A stretch of 64,000 bases of DNA from Sphaerodactylus townsendi (lineage: Eukaryota), in the NCBI RefSeq assembly GCF_021028975.2, contig NC_059429.1, positions 111,290,001 to 111,354,000 on the forward strand, read 5' to 3'. Shown in pieces: positions 1 to 11,330 of this stretch; positions within the stretch are counted from its first letter, which is position 1; every line of letters begins with the position of its first letter. Position numbers and translations under genes: made by a program. The notes beneath the pieces are model-generated. The model saw only the letters and a list, made by a program, of their open reading frames with translations. It was not told where the DNA came from and did no database searches.

Positions 1-934
1 GTTAAAAAAAAAAACCTTTGTGGCATCCCTAACAAAAAGCAGTCTTCAACAGTATAAGGGTATCAGTCAAAATCATCTGTCTGGGAGCAAAGAACCAACT
101 ATACATGGAATAGCAAGGCAAATAACAGTTTACTTGATGTTTCTTTTCTGATGAAAAGCACTCATGGGAGGCTGTAAATTGCAGCAGGCAAATAAGTTAC
201 ACCCCCTGATGCTTTTTCACCCACACAAGGAAAAAAAACTTGAGTGGAAGTGAATTGAAGTAGAAAAATACAATTTCTTTGGTCAGATTTGCAGCTACTG
301 TACTTATGGATGCTAGCTTTTTTTTTAGCCCCAATGAGCATAAATCAAGCCATTATATGGGCTTATATGACCAGATCTGTTGAAAGTTTTTGAAGTTTTG
401 CGTAGTTTGCCCTAAGGAGAACAAAAGAATGAAAACAGCAAGGAATATGTAGTGGACAACTAAGAAACCACTCTTGAACTGGAAAACTAATAATTATGTG
501 TTCTTCTAAAAATGGAATACAAATGTGTTTACTAGAACCTCTCAACAAAAATAGACATATTGGATTAGGTTAGCAGCTATTTCACTTTCACGTTTGTCCA
601 TTTTGTTTATACTTAAACATAAGCCAATGAAACTAATTAAACTAAGGATTTGTTCCTTTGTATGTTTACTCGCTTCTGATTCTGAAGGGTTGAGATAATT
701 GATATGTTCAATAGGCCTGTCTCATTCATATGTAATCAATGATCTGTGCATTAGACACAAAAGGAAGCCCATGAAAATTCATGAAGAGGTTTATTCTAAT
801 TAGCTTATCTAAGACTTCAGACTTTCTTTTCACCTCTTGGCACTCTAACTAACGCTTAGGAAGGTGTCAAACTGCTTTCAAAGAGTCAAAGCTCTGTTCA
901 ATTTCTTTTTAATGTTACCGGCAGATGATTGCCA

Positions 935-1260
935 GTAAATTCAAGAGAAAGAAAGGATTCCTTCATAACTCACATATTTACTGAATTGCCTCCCACAGGA
1001 TGTGGCCGCTGCTTAGATGGCTTTGAGAGGAGATTAGGTAAAATTATGAAGGTTGGCTCTGAAAGCTAAATGAACTTCCATGTTCAGGAGCTGTGTATTT
1101 CTGAATGCCACTTTCTGGGGAATAAAATGGGAGGGCAGTTTCTTTCATGCCGTTTCTGGGCTTCTTAGCAATAACCGTTTGGCCATTTGGGGAAGCAGGA
1201 TCCTGAAACAGATGTTCTTTGGTATCATCTGATCAAGCAGGGCTACCTTATGGTCTTAAG
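935..1260 (+). mobile_element. Old degenerate CR1 LINE 3' end
   Basis: Resembles the CR1 copies at 53.8 kb and 61.6 kb (ccacaggatgtgg...ttagatggcttt...gagattag). Confidence 0.5.
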
Positions 1261-2907
1261 AGGATGCAAATGCTACCGAAGCATGAGGACATTCTGCCTC
1301 TCCACACACAGTTCACCAAGAAGAACGTTTAGTTCCTTTGGTTGCTGTGAAGTTTTCCTTCCTTCACAGCACTACAGTAACTCAGCCAACTATTAGAGCA
1401 GCAGGGGTGAGGAATGGTTTGGCTCACAGTCAGAAAGATTTCCACCTGCATACTCTCTGACCCATGCTCCATGTACACAAATATCCTCAGTTTCCTCTGC
1501 TCTCTTCACAGAACTGAGGTAAATTTCCCTCTGTTACTTCCCTCCCCCCCAAAAAAACCCTCTTTTTTGGCACATCCTTGACTTCACCTTTCAGCCCCTT
1601 TCCCTAGCCACCCCTTACGGGTGTTCTCTTTCGATCCCTCCACCAAGATTCTGTGACATAACAGCAACTCCGCAAATGGTTTAGCGCTCAGCTAGTTTAT
1701 GCTGAAGTCAGCCCCCTTCAAGCCACTGCATTCCCACACGCTAAGGGGTTTGTATCAAGCAACCATAATGAGGCCTCCTTTGTTTTCACAGAAGACAAAA
1801 TTGTTCCCAAGAACTAATCTATGGCTAATCTATGCACTACGGCAGGATCATTATGGCCAGACATGTTTAAGGTACTTATGTATGTCCTCTGGAAGTGAGA
1901 GAAGGAGACAGAGCTCAAGACACAGACACAGAGAGAAGTCCACACTTTATCATGCAAGGTGGCCACAAGAAAAGATGCTGATTTAACAAAGTGCATTTGG
2001 TAGCACACATTGTGCTTTGCTTGCAAACACAGCCCACTTTCCGTGAAAAGACTCAGCCCAGAATAATGTGGTTATGGTAAAATGTTAGGATGCACTAGGG
2101 CCTTTCAAGATCCCTAGATAGTGTGCTTTCCACTGATGAGCTGCAAGGTTCAATCGCTGAAGCTGGACGTTAGAGCATGAAACTCAGCAAGCAGAATGTA
2201 TTGCTCTGTTTATTGGGTAACAGCAGAAGGTCAAGTTCCCCATATTTCTGCTAGATCTTGCCAATCCAGAAGCTTCATGCTACCTGCCAATAGCAAGGGC
2301 TTAAGTGATACACACTGTTCCTTTCTGTGTCCAAAGAGGGCTCTGAAGTCTAAGCATAGACCTTATGTGGTAGCTCACTGGGCTGTGTCCCCATCTCAGA
2401 CCACACAGTTCCTGTCAATTCCTGGATTCCCTAATAAAAAGAGCAATTTGGATCATATACAAAATCTCTCTCCTGTTGGCATCTTACAGAAGAGTCGAGA
2501 TGTCCACACATTGATTAAAAGCTTAAAAGGAGAATGTTTATTAGGGAACTACATTTCATATAGGAAATAGGACATACAGAGACAATCAGTCGCTACATTG
2601 CTAGCTAGGGAACAGAAGAACACTTAACTTCTGAGGAGGAGGAAATTAGACTCAAGAATATCAGACTAAGGATGGACAAGAGGTGGCACGAAAGGATGGA
2701 CGGGTCTCTAATCTTACAGCCCTACCTAGCTGACCACTTGCCTGTCCCCTGCTGGGTCTTCTTCTCAGTTCCTTCTCATGCTGGACATTGCTACTTCCAA
2801 CATCTCCCCCACTATAAGCAACTTCAACTAGCACCTGTGAAACTGGGAACAGGAAAAAAAGAGTTCCAGGCCAGAAGGCATCCTAAGAAGTATCTTTCTT
2901 TTTAACC

Positions 2908-3307
2908 AAAATGGGTTCAGAGGAAAGTGGCCAAAATAGTAACAGGTCTGGAATCTATGTCCTATGAGGAAGGGCTTTGGGAGCTAGATACGTTTAGTCT
3001 GGAGAAGAGAAAGCTAAGGGTAGATATGATAGCCATGTTTAAATATTTGAAGAGATGTCTTGCTGAAGAGGGAGAAAGCTTGTTTTCTGCTACTCCAGAC
3101 ACTAGGACAAGAAGTAATGAATTCAAGGTGCAGGAAAAGAGATTTCCCCTATAGGAAGAACTTCCTGTTAGTAAGGGCAGTTTGACAGTAGGATACACTG
3201 CCTTGGAGGGTGGTGGAGTCTCCTTCTTTGGAGGTTTTTAAACAGAGGCTGGATGGCCGTCTGTCAGGGGTGCTTTGATTGTGGCTTCAGGCAGGAGGTT
3301 GGACTAA
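2908..3307 (+). mobile_element. CR1 LINE 3' fragment
   Basis: ORF GLESMSYEEGLWELDTFSLEKRKLRVDMIAMFKYLK...RTRSN is the typical CR1 ORF2 C-terminus. Confidence 0.88.
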
Positions 3308-5546
3308 CTATGCTGCTTTGGATACCCAGTGGGGAGAAATCTGAGGTATAAATGAAGTGAATAAATAAATATCTCCTCCCCAAAATGAAGCACTCTATGA
3401 ACAACTCAATTCCTATCTTGGGGTTTGTAACTGCAGAAGTTGGTCATTTTAGTGCAGAATTCCAGAATGTGAAAAATGCATAAGGTCTCGTCAAGGCTTT
3501 GTTTTAGCCTAGTTCACCTCTGGTATAATCCATTATAAACAGCAGACTTGACTCCTTAATTTGCAAAGGTCTTCTCTATGAAAGGAAATTGCATTAGGAG
3601 GATATTGGCACATTTGTGGAATGCCCTGGCCGTGGTATTGAACCAAGAATACAGAAGCCAGATCTGCAGAACTGCTGTTCATGTCCACCACTGTGGAATC
3701 TTGATAGGATTTTTTTTTGGGGGGGGGGGACGGGGGGGGGGGTAATACCTGCACCTGACTTTGCCTTTCTTTTCTGTAGGAAATAGATATCATGAATAAT
3801 GGGGCTGCCTATATTAAAGCCCTGTCTTTTCTACCATGAAGGAGAAAGGAATCCCCAAATAGTCATGGTTCTTAACATTTATACAGCCCTTTCAGAATTC
3901 AAAGCACTTCACACTTTTTTCTGTAATCCATACAGTATCCCTGTAATTTAGGCCAGTATTACCATTCCCATATTGCACTGGATGTGGGCAGGCCTGAGAA
4001 CAGTGAGGCAAAGTGGTCAGAGGCAAAATCTGAACCCAGGGCTTTCTGCATGATAGCTGACTTTCCTAGCTAGTCAACACATTGCCAGATTGCAAAATGT
4101 TTGATGTCAGGATCTAATCTTAGGCTAAAATGAAGCACTGGAGAGGACTGAATACTTGAGCTCAGGGACACTGAAGCTATATGGCTGTCAGAGCTAAAAA
4201 AATTTGTTGGCACATGGAAATTCCAATCCAAAAAGAACTATCTCTCTTTGTCATGTCTCTAGCGCTGTGTTTATACTTTTTAAGTCCAGGGTTTCCTGAA
4301 GAGCTTGATGCAATGCATGCATTACAAGGCACTGAAAAATCCTGCTTTCTTTGCAAACAAACCCCCCCCACCCTGTTTATCAAACTAGAGGCACATTTTG
4401 TGCACTGCCACTTTAACTTGCTCAGTCTGCCAGCTATGGAGTCCCATCAGTTCTGGCAGAGGTGGGGCTAGCTCTGGACTAGTTGTAGAAAAGCATGTAT
4501 GAGTGGCTAGTTAACTGTTTCCTACCCAGGCAAGGGCCGAAAGAAAGACATAAAGAATGCTTTTGAAGGGAGACAGATTGTTATGCAAGAAAAGAGGAGA
4601 GAAGGCACAGTTTGTTTGACAGGCAGAGCTGTGCCCTGTGAATGCGGGACAAGTTACTTTAGCCACTAATCTTAAAGCAACAGCCCTACTCCATGGGTTT
4701 CTTTGTGTATACATGTGTGGGGGGGGGGGAGGGAAGACTCACACTGCAACCCACATAGTTTTCCAGAGTACAATGGAAACAAGAGGCCTCCTTCCTTGAA
4801 GAAGCCTGTCCATTCATCTTCACCCCCATGCATAATTCAGCTCACATATATAATGAATGCAAAGAGAAATAGCTGATGCTGGGTACACTGGGCTATGAAA
4901 AATAATGCCAGGTGTGTCCCATCCTGTGTAAATGCCTGCCCTAGTGATGGAGCATTCAGCAAATGGGGGTGGGGGGAAGATGCCATTTGCTTTCAGTTTG
5001 AAACCAAAACTTAAAACATTCAGTGAATAGACAACAGAATCCAGGAAACAGGATTTTGATCCCAATACTGCAGTCTCATAAGTGAACGGGTTGTTCAGTG
5101 CAGTCCTGTCCCACGGTACATATTCAGGAACTAAACCCCATTGTAGGTTTCCATGCCAGTCTTCTTCCATCATTACCTGCTAAACATTTCAGGGTTCATT
5201 TTTGTGTGCTTCTCTCCCCCCACCCCCAACACTGCCATTCATTTCAGATTTCTAACCATCAGTCAGAACCATCGCCAAACATAACAGGAAAATCTGACCC
5301 CCAAACCAGACAGAGACAGCCGAGAATCCCCTCCCCCTGCCTCCAAGGCCAACACTGTTGAAATTGCTGAAATGCAGACATAAAACACACCTCTGTTCCA
5401 ACAACATCTTGCCTCCCAGCTGCTCCCTTGAGCATCCCCTGAGGGAAACGCAACCTGCTTTTGTCTACCAGCTTCACATCCAGGAATTTTGCACACTATA
5501 ATATTGGCTGACATCCCTCCCCTTCTGAAGCCAGCTAAGCCTTTAC

Positions 5547-5729
5547 CTTCTGTGAGCTGAATGACTGGGTCCAGTGATATAAAACCAGCCTGTCCTTGGA
5601 TCGGAAAGCAGGGTGTGCCGGGTCCTGGATTTCCTCTGTCTCCATGGATTTGCCTGCTGCATCGTTCTCCAGGGCTGAAATGGGCCACCAGCTGCAGTTG
5701 GTGGGAGTAACATTGTTGGGAGTCGCCAT
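5547..5729 (-). CDS. GDAP1L1: GDAP1L1 coding exon 1 (61 codons); remaining exons not seen, presumably left of the window
   Basis: Translates MATPNNVTPTNCSWWPISALENDA...LVLYHWTQSFSSQK, matching the recalled GDAP1L1 N-terminus. Followed by a phase-0 donor AAG|GTAAAG. Synteny with OSER1 and JPH2 fits. Confidence 0.93.
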
Positions 5730-7199
5730 GACAGCCCGAGATTATGGAAGAGCAGGAGAAAGGAAGAGCTGCAGCTGCTGTACTATCGAAGCATCACATG
5801 GGCTCATGGAAACAGCATCCTTGCCGGAGCCGAAGGGCTCGAAATTCATTACTCACTCCGGATTGGCACAGGGAGCCCAAGGCAGCAGGATCAGAAGCAG
5901 CATCTGGTTTTGGAAGAGAAAACAGGAGTGTAGCTGGGTGTGTGCTACAGCACAACCTCTTTACAACCATGGCAAGGTTGCCACTGAGGCTGACTGCTGC
6001 ACTGCTCACGCGTTGTTCCAATCACAGACACAACAGAGAGTCCGTGCCACCTGACGACAAACCTGAGCATCCACACGCTGCCGGAGGTCTTGCAGCTTAT
6101 TGACAATATAGGACAGCCTTTCTTTGATCAGAATGGCTTCTGGCAAGATATGAATCCACATGTTGAAGTATTCCAATATCCAGATAGAGGGGACTGATGT
6201 TTACTGAGGTTAATTTTACTTCTACTGGCAGGCAGATCTGGGATTCTGATATAATTTTTCCCCCAATCAGAAAGTCCCGTTGTGCAAATGAGGAGATTCT
6301 TTGTTTAATCCCCGTGCATTTCTATCATTTTAAACCTGAGAGCATTTTCTGACCTTGACATTTTTTTAAAAATCACATTTCACTGAAGATAAGCTGTTCA
6401 GAAAGTAAGGAGAAATATGGGTCAAATTTATAGAGCCTCTCACTGGCTAGCAGCCATGACAACCAAATGGAACATCCACGTTCAGAAGTAGTATATCTTG
6501 GAGTATACCGGGGGGGGGGAGCAAGGGATGAATTCCACCTCAAGCCCCTGCTTTAAAACTTCCAATAGAAGCTGATACAGTGCTTTTACAGAGATGGGAT
6601 GTCCGAGATGGGATGGGGAGGCGGACACATGGAGAACAGTCTTAATGTCCAAACTCCTCTGCATAGACAACGAAACACTTGAAGGTTCATTGATTTATTC
6701 CTGCTAGAAAGAAAGAAGGCAGAAGACTGTTCTGAGTTCATCCCCTCAGAACAGTGATAATTTGGAACAGTATTCCCCCACCCCACATGTGAAGCAAAAC
6801 AGAGGAACTTTCACTGAAGCAACCCTCTAGACTGCCAAGGTTACATTGGCAGATAAGCACCTGCGAACAGCACAAAGCAATTCAGAGCATAGAGCAAACA
6901 GGCCCCATGGCAGCATCCCGACAGTCACTTATACATTGTTGTACTGCCTTGGGTGCTGTGGGACAGGTGTTTTACCCCTGCTTACCCTCAGCATCATTGT
7001 ATTTTCATGAACCTTCTGGGTTTTCCTACGTTTCCTTTCTCTAACCACCTTGCCGCAATGTATTGGTAAAGTTCACAACAAGGTGTTGATTGTCCCATCA
7101 ATGCCCTTTCCCCCTCAAACAGTGACCCCCAAGGGCTTAAGAAAGGCAATTAACACCTGATTATAGTGTTATATTTATAATAATGTGTTCATTGCTTGC

Positions 7200-7417
7200 A
7201 GAGCCAGTGTGGCATAGTGGCTAAGAGCAGTTGATTCTGATCTGGAGAACAGAGTTTGATTCCCCACTCCTCCACATAAAGTGACCTTGGCCCAGTCACT
7301 GTTCACTCAGAACTCTCCCAGCCCATGAGGAGGCAGGCAATGGCAAACCACCTCCAAACATCTCTTGCCTTCAAAAATTCTATGGGACCACCATAAGTCA
7401 GCTGTGACTTGACAGCA
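7200..7417 (+). mobile_element. Squamate tRNA-type SINE with RTE/Sauria-like tail
   Basis: Head tggcatagtggctaagagc...gtttgattcccc (A/B boxes). Related copies at about 29245, 36608 and 40991. Confidence 0.65.
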
Positions 7418-7501
7418 TGTACACTACCACAGTGTTATATTGCTGTGACAGTTTGTCTGTTAGGTTCTGTGGATCCCTAGTTTTCATTTTTGAAAATCCA
7501 A

Positions 7502-7641
7502 GGCTCCTTCCGCACATGCAGAATAATGCACTTTCAATGCACTTTGCAGCTGGATTTTACTGCGTGGAATATCAAAATCCACTTGCAAACAATTGTGAAA
7601 GTGGATTCAAAGTGCATTATTCTGCATGTGCGGAAGGGGCC
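7502..7641. mobile_element. Palindromic MITE of about 140 bp (possibly PIF/Harbinger-derived)
   Basis: TIR ccttccgcacatgcagaataatgcacttt / aaagtgcattattctgcatgtgcggaagg. Further copies at about 16965-17550 (interrupted), 39202-39354, 52878-53016 and 61430-61551. Confidence 0.8.
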
Positions 7642-8021
7642 AAAGTCTTTTGTTGTGGACATATTCCCCCCACCCTGTATCTCCATAACCATAGGTGCTA
7701 TAGACATGCTTAAAAAAAAATCTGGAGAACCTACAGATTGCTATAATGTTACCATGCTATACCACTATGTCAACTGCCAGTTTAAAAAGTCCTGTGATGG
7801 CATTTGGGGGGGCGGGGGCAGACAATGGTCAATGGGGACAGGTGTAGCAGAGGAGATATGTGGGGAAACCTGCCATATGAAAGTCTAATTACTCCTATGC
7901 TGGTATCAGTTGCTGAAGTCACTGTTTATGACCTGATCTATTGATTAACTATTGATCAGTGAGATAGCCATTGCTTGCATGCTAGTGAGCACGTCCATCT
8001 GAAGTTACAAAGTTAACTCTG

Positions 8022-8210
8022 GGGTGTTGTGTGTTTTCTGGGCTGTATGGCTGTGTTCTAGTAGCATTTTCTCCTGACGTTTCGACATGATCCTCTGAAG
8101 ATGCCAGCCACAGATGCAGGCGAAACGTCAGGAGAAAATGCTACCAGAACACGGCCATACAGCCTGGAAACCACACAACACCCCAGTGATTCCGGCCGTG
8201 AAAGCCTTTG
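8022..8210 (+). mobile_element. Penelope-like terminal repeat (inverted, hairpin arrangement) with hammerhead motif
   Basis: Inverted arms around 8090. 15-bp TSD ACAAAGTTAACTCTG at 8007-8021 and 8211-8225. Confidence 0.8.
8091..8133 (+). ncRNA. Minimal type I hammerhead ribozyme motif (Penelope-associated)
   Basis: TCCT-CTGAAGA-T-GCC...GGC-GAAAC-GTC-AGGA: stem I TCCT/AGGA, CUGANGA and GAAA cores, stem II GCC/GGC, no stable helix III. Confidence 0.7.
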
Positions 8211-8804
8211 ACAAAGTTAACTCTGATTGAGCCATGCCACCACGGGCATGAGACAGCAGATAGTACCAAGATGTAACCAAATGTACAGTAATGTAGATGT
8301 GTAACAGGAAAGATTTCTTATTTTATCTCCATGTAACCCTCTCTTTATAGTTAGTAAACTCATATATAAAAGCAACTGAGAATCTGTCTCTTCTGTTCTA
8401 CTCTGTTAATGTATATATATATATAGATACAGATATATACCCAACAAAGTCTTTATCTGCTCCTTCTTGCAATTTAGAATCACTTAAGTCCAATTTAGAG
8501 TCACTGGAGGAGGTGCCCGAATATCTCAACTTAGCAAGGGTTTGTACTTGGATGGCAGACCACCCAGGATGACTAAGGTTGCTATGAAGAGGAAGGTGAT
8601 GGCAAACCACTTCTGCTCATCTCTTTCATGGAACACCCTGTGGAGGGGGTTGTCATGAGTCAGCTGCAATTCAACAGCATGTTTTCCTGCTTTTCTAGCT
8701 TGGAAGAAGGCTCCTGAGGCTGGAGGAAGGTTTCAGACTCAACTGAGCAGAGTGGTAGGTTACATGAGAGAAGATGATCTAGAGCATTTGGGAACTTTCT
8801 AGAG

Positions 8805-8989
8805 CAGTGGTTCTCAACCTTCCTAATACCGCCACCGTTAAATACAGTTCCTCATGTTGTGGTGACCCCTAACCCTAACGTTTATCCATTTTACAGATGG
8901 AGAACACTGATGCAGAGAGTCTTAGGCGACCCCTGTGAAAGGGTCATTCAACCCCAAAGGGGTCCTGACCCCCAGGTTGAGAACCACTG
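8805..8989 (+). mobile_element. SPIN/URR1-like non-autonomous hAT MITE
   Basis: TIR CAGTGGTTCTCAACCT / AGGTTGAGAACCACTG, 8-bp TSD TTCTAGAG. Subterminal sequence matches recalled URR1/SPIN. Confidence 0.88.
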
Positions 8990-9006
8990 TTCTAGAGCTC
9001 TTAGAC

Positions 9007-9141
9007 CATAGGTGTCGAACTCGCGGCCCTCCAGATGTTATGGACTACAGTTCCCATCATCCCCTGCCAGCATCCTGCTGGCAGTGGATGATGGGAACTG
9101 TAGTCCATAACATCTGGAGGGCCACAAGTTCGACACCTGTG
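9007..9141. mobile_element. Hairpin hAT MITE
   Basis: Near-perfect palindrome, 8-bp TSD TCTTAGAC (8999-9006 and 9142-9149). Confidence 0.88.
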
Positions 9142-9559
9142 TCTTAGACTGTAACTTCCCACAACTACATTTTACCTTTTAAAAATGCTGAGTGGACTCA
9201 TTCAGGGACCTTCTAGTCTGTTGGATAACTTGGCACCTGGCCTCCATTAAATGGTTCTCTGAGTTGGTACCTCAATACAGATGTATACAGTGTGTGTCAA
9301 TGGGATTGTTGTTGTTTTTGAACTTGCCCTTTAGGATACACAGAAGTTGCAGACCAGAATAATGATTTTTAGACACTTACATAGCGCTTTCAAGAGTTCA
9401 AAGCACTTCATATACATTATGTTGCAAATCTTACCATCACCCTGCAAGGCAGGCCCATATTATTATGCTTTTGATATAGATTGGGGAAGCTGGCTTGCCT
9501 AAGATCACAATTACCTATTGAGTTCATGGTAGAGGCAACATTTGAACCCAAATGGTGTT

Positions 9560-9760
9560 GGGTATAGTTTTAGCATGTTTTATAACATCTGTTCTTACCA
9601 CAGTATTTCCTAGTGTTTTGCTATGCCTGAGTCCGAACAAGGGAGGGAGATAGCAACCAGGAAGATCTCTGACTATAGGCCAATATTTAAGAATAGTTCT
9701 TTTAATTAATGTGAGAAAGTGGTCGTCCGTAGTCCTGATAATTATACTTAAGTTAAAGGT
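9560..9760 (-). mobile_element. Fragment of a Penelope-like ORF (RT to GIY-YIG linker)
   Basis: IKRTILKYWPIVRDLPGCYLPPLFGLRHSKTLGNTVVRTD resembles the KHW...PP...R..NL.D.LVR.D linker of vertebrate Penelope-like elements (recalled). Confidence 0.55.
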
Positions 9761-11164
9761 TTCAAAAGGTTTCAAGTTGATTTTTACATTTGGGATAAAG
9801 GTTTCATGTTTGTAACACAATATTATTAAATATTATTAAACACACACTCCTTTGAGAGTTTTGCATCCCTGCCCCTAAACTTCACCACGCAACTATAGTC
9901 CAACAGCCTGATGTATCTGCGGAACTACCTCTCCCATCATACCCCTTGGACAGCAGATACAACAGGCTGTTGGACTATAGTTCCATGGGGAGGTTTGGGG
10001 TAGGGATTAACAAGGCTATTCATCTAGCTCTGGATCTCAGCGACACTGCCCCATGGTGCTAGAGAGAGAATGAATTTTCTAGCTATTGTTCCTTCCTCTG
10101 CAACCAATTCCTCTTGCATCACCCAGCTGTCTATTTTTGTTGCTATGATTGGCCACAAACACCTAAGAAATGAGCATTCAGAAACCTTGATTACCTTGTC
10201 AGTAAGTGTCCCATTTCCTAGACCTTCTGACAGTCACAGGTCCTTCAAGTTCATAGGCAAACAGGAACAATCCGCTTTCCCCAAGTTTAGGAGTTTATCA
10301 TGTTGAAAGGGGTCTCCAAACAGTCCTTGTGAAGGGGGATAGTGGCACCTCCACAATATCTTCTTGCCCTACAATTTATTCCGAAAATCCCCGCCTATCC
10401 CCACTTTAAGCTAGGAATTAGCCTGTTTGTGCTACTAACAAGAGTCAGAATTGGGGACAAAAGGCAGCCTCAGGCCAGTTGCTAGGGCTCAGTCTCAGCC
10501 TACTTTGCAGGGCAATCAAGAGGGTGTAACTATGAGTTCTTGTGCAGAAAGAGATGGGAAAGAACAAAAATAATTTTGTGGGGGAGAACATGATAGAGTT
10601 GCAGCTCATCCAACATTCCCTTTTAAAATTGAGGCAAGACGATTCCCATCTCCCCACCATTCCAATCTACTGCTGATTCCTACATCAAGTCATGGCTTCA
10701 GATTACATGATGCTGGTACCCAAGCCTCATCTTTCTCTAGGGCCAAAATTGTGGACAGAAATGTGCCACTTTGTACAAGGCAGCAACAGAGGCAGAAATA
10801 TCTGTGAACATCCGCAGAAAACAAGTTGTTGTGAATTTCAAGAATTCTTCCCATCCCAAATAAAACATCCTAAATAATGCAATATTTTGTAGCTTGTTTG
10901 AAGTACAACAACCTGGAGTAGTTTCATCCTGATTTTAATAATAGTTCAGCATTACCACAGGCTAACCAGCAGGAAAAGACTATTGGACGGCAGAATCCAC
11001 GTTCCTTTTTGCACCAGTGTTGTTTTTGATGAAAGTAGCCTGTTTCCCCAATGACGCTTCTGCAACTTGTTGGGATCAATTAGAAGTTATCAAGAGAAAC
11101 AGGAATTTTATTTGATTCTATGCGTTTTACAAAAAATTGCTCACAAGTGGATGCCTGGATGTGG

Positions 11165-11330
11165 AGGGCCCAGGCTAATCTGAACTGGCCAGATCTCCAA
11201 AGCTAAGCAGGTTCAGTACTGATGAAGTAATTGGATGGGAGACCACCAAGAAATATCAGGGGAAGGCCATGGCAAACCACTGTTAAGTCTTTTGCCTTGA
11301 AAATTGTACAGGGTTGCCCTAAGTCAGCAA
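11165..11330 (+). mobile_element. 5S rRNA-derived SINE (5S-Sauria-like)
   Basis: gatctccaaagctaagcagg...ttggatgggagacc resembles 5S rRNA, followed by a ggcaaaccac...gccttgaaaa Sauria/BovB-like tail. Confidence 0.65.

Noticed and set aside
5588-5680. REST/RE1-like sites in GDAP1L1 exon 1
   Set aside because: Only partial matches with several core mismatches or wrong spacing, and they lie within coding sequence.
5596-6103. Plus-strand ORFs overlapping the GDAP1L1 start
   Set aside because: Antisense to exon 1 and the 5'UTR, with no homology or splice support.
11165-11260. 5S rRNA gene (also about 45100-45195)
   Set aside because: Degenerate and fused to a SINE tail, so treated as a 5S-derived SINE.
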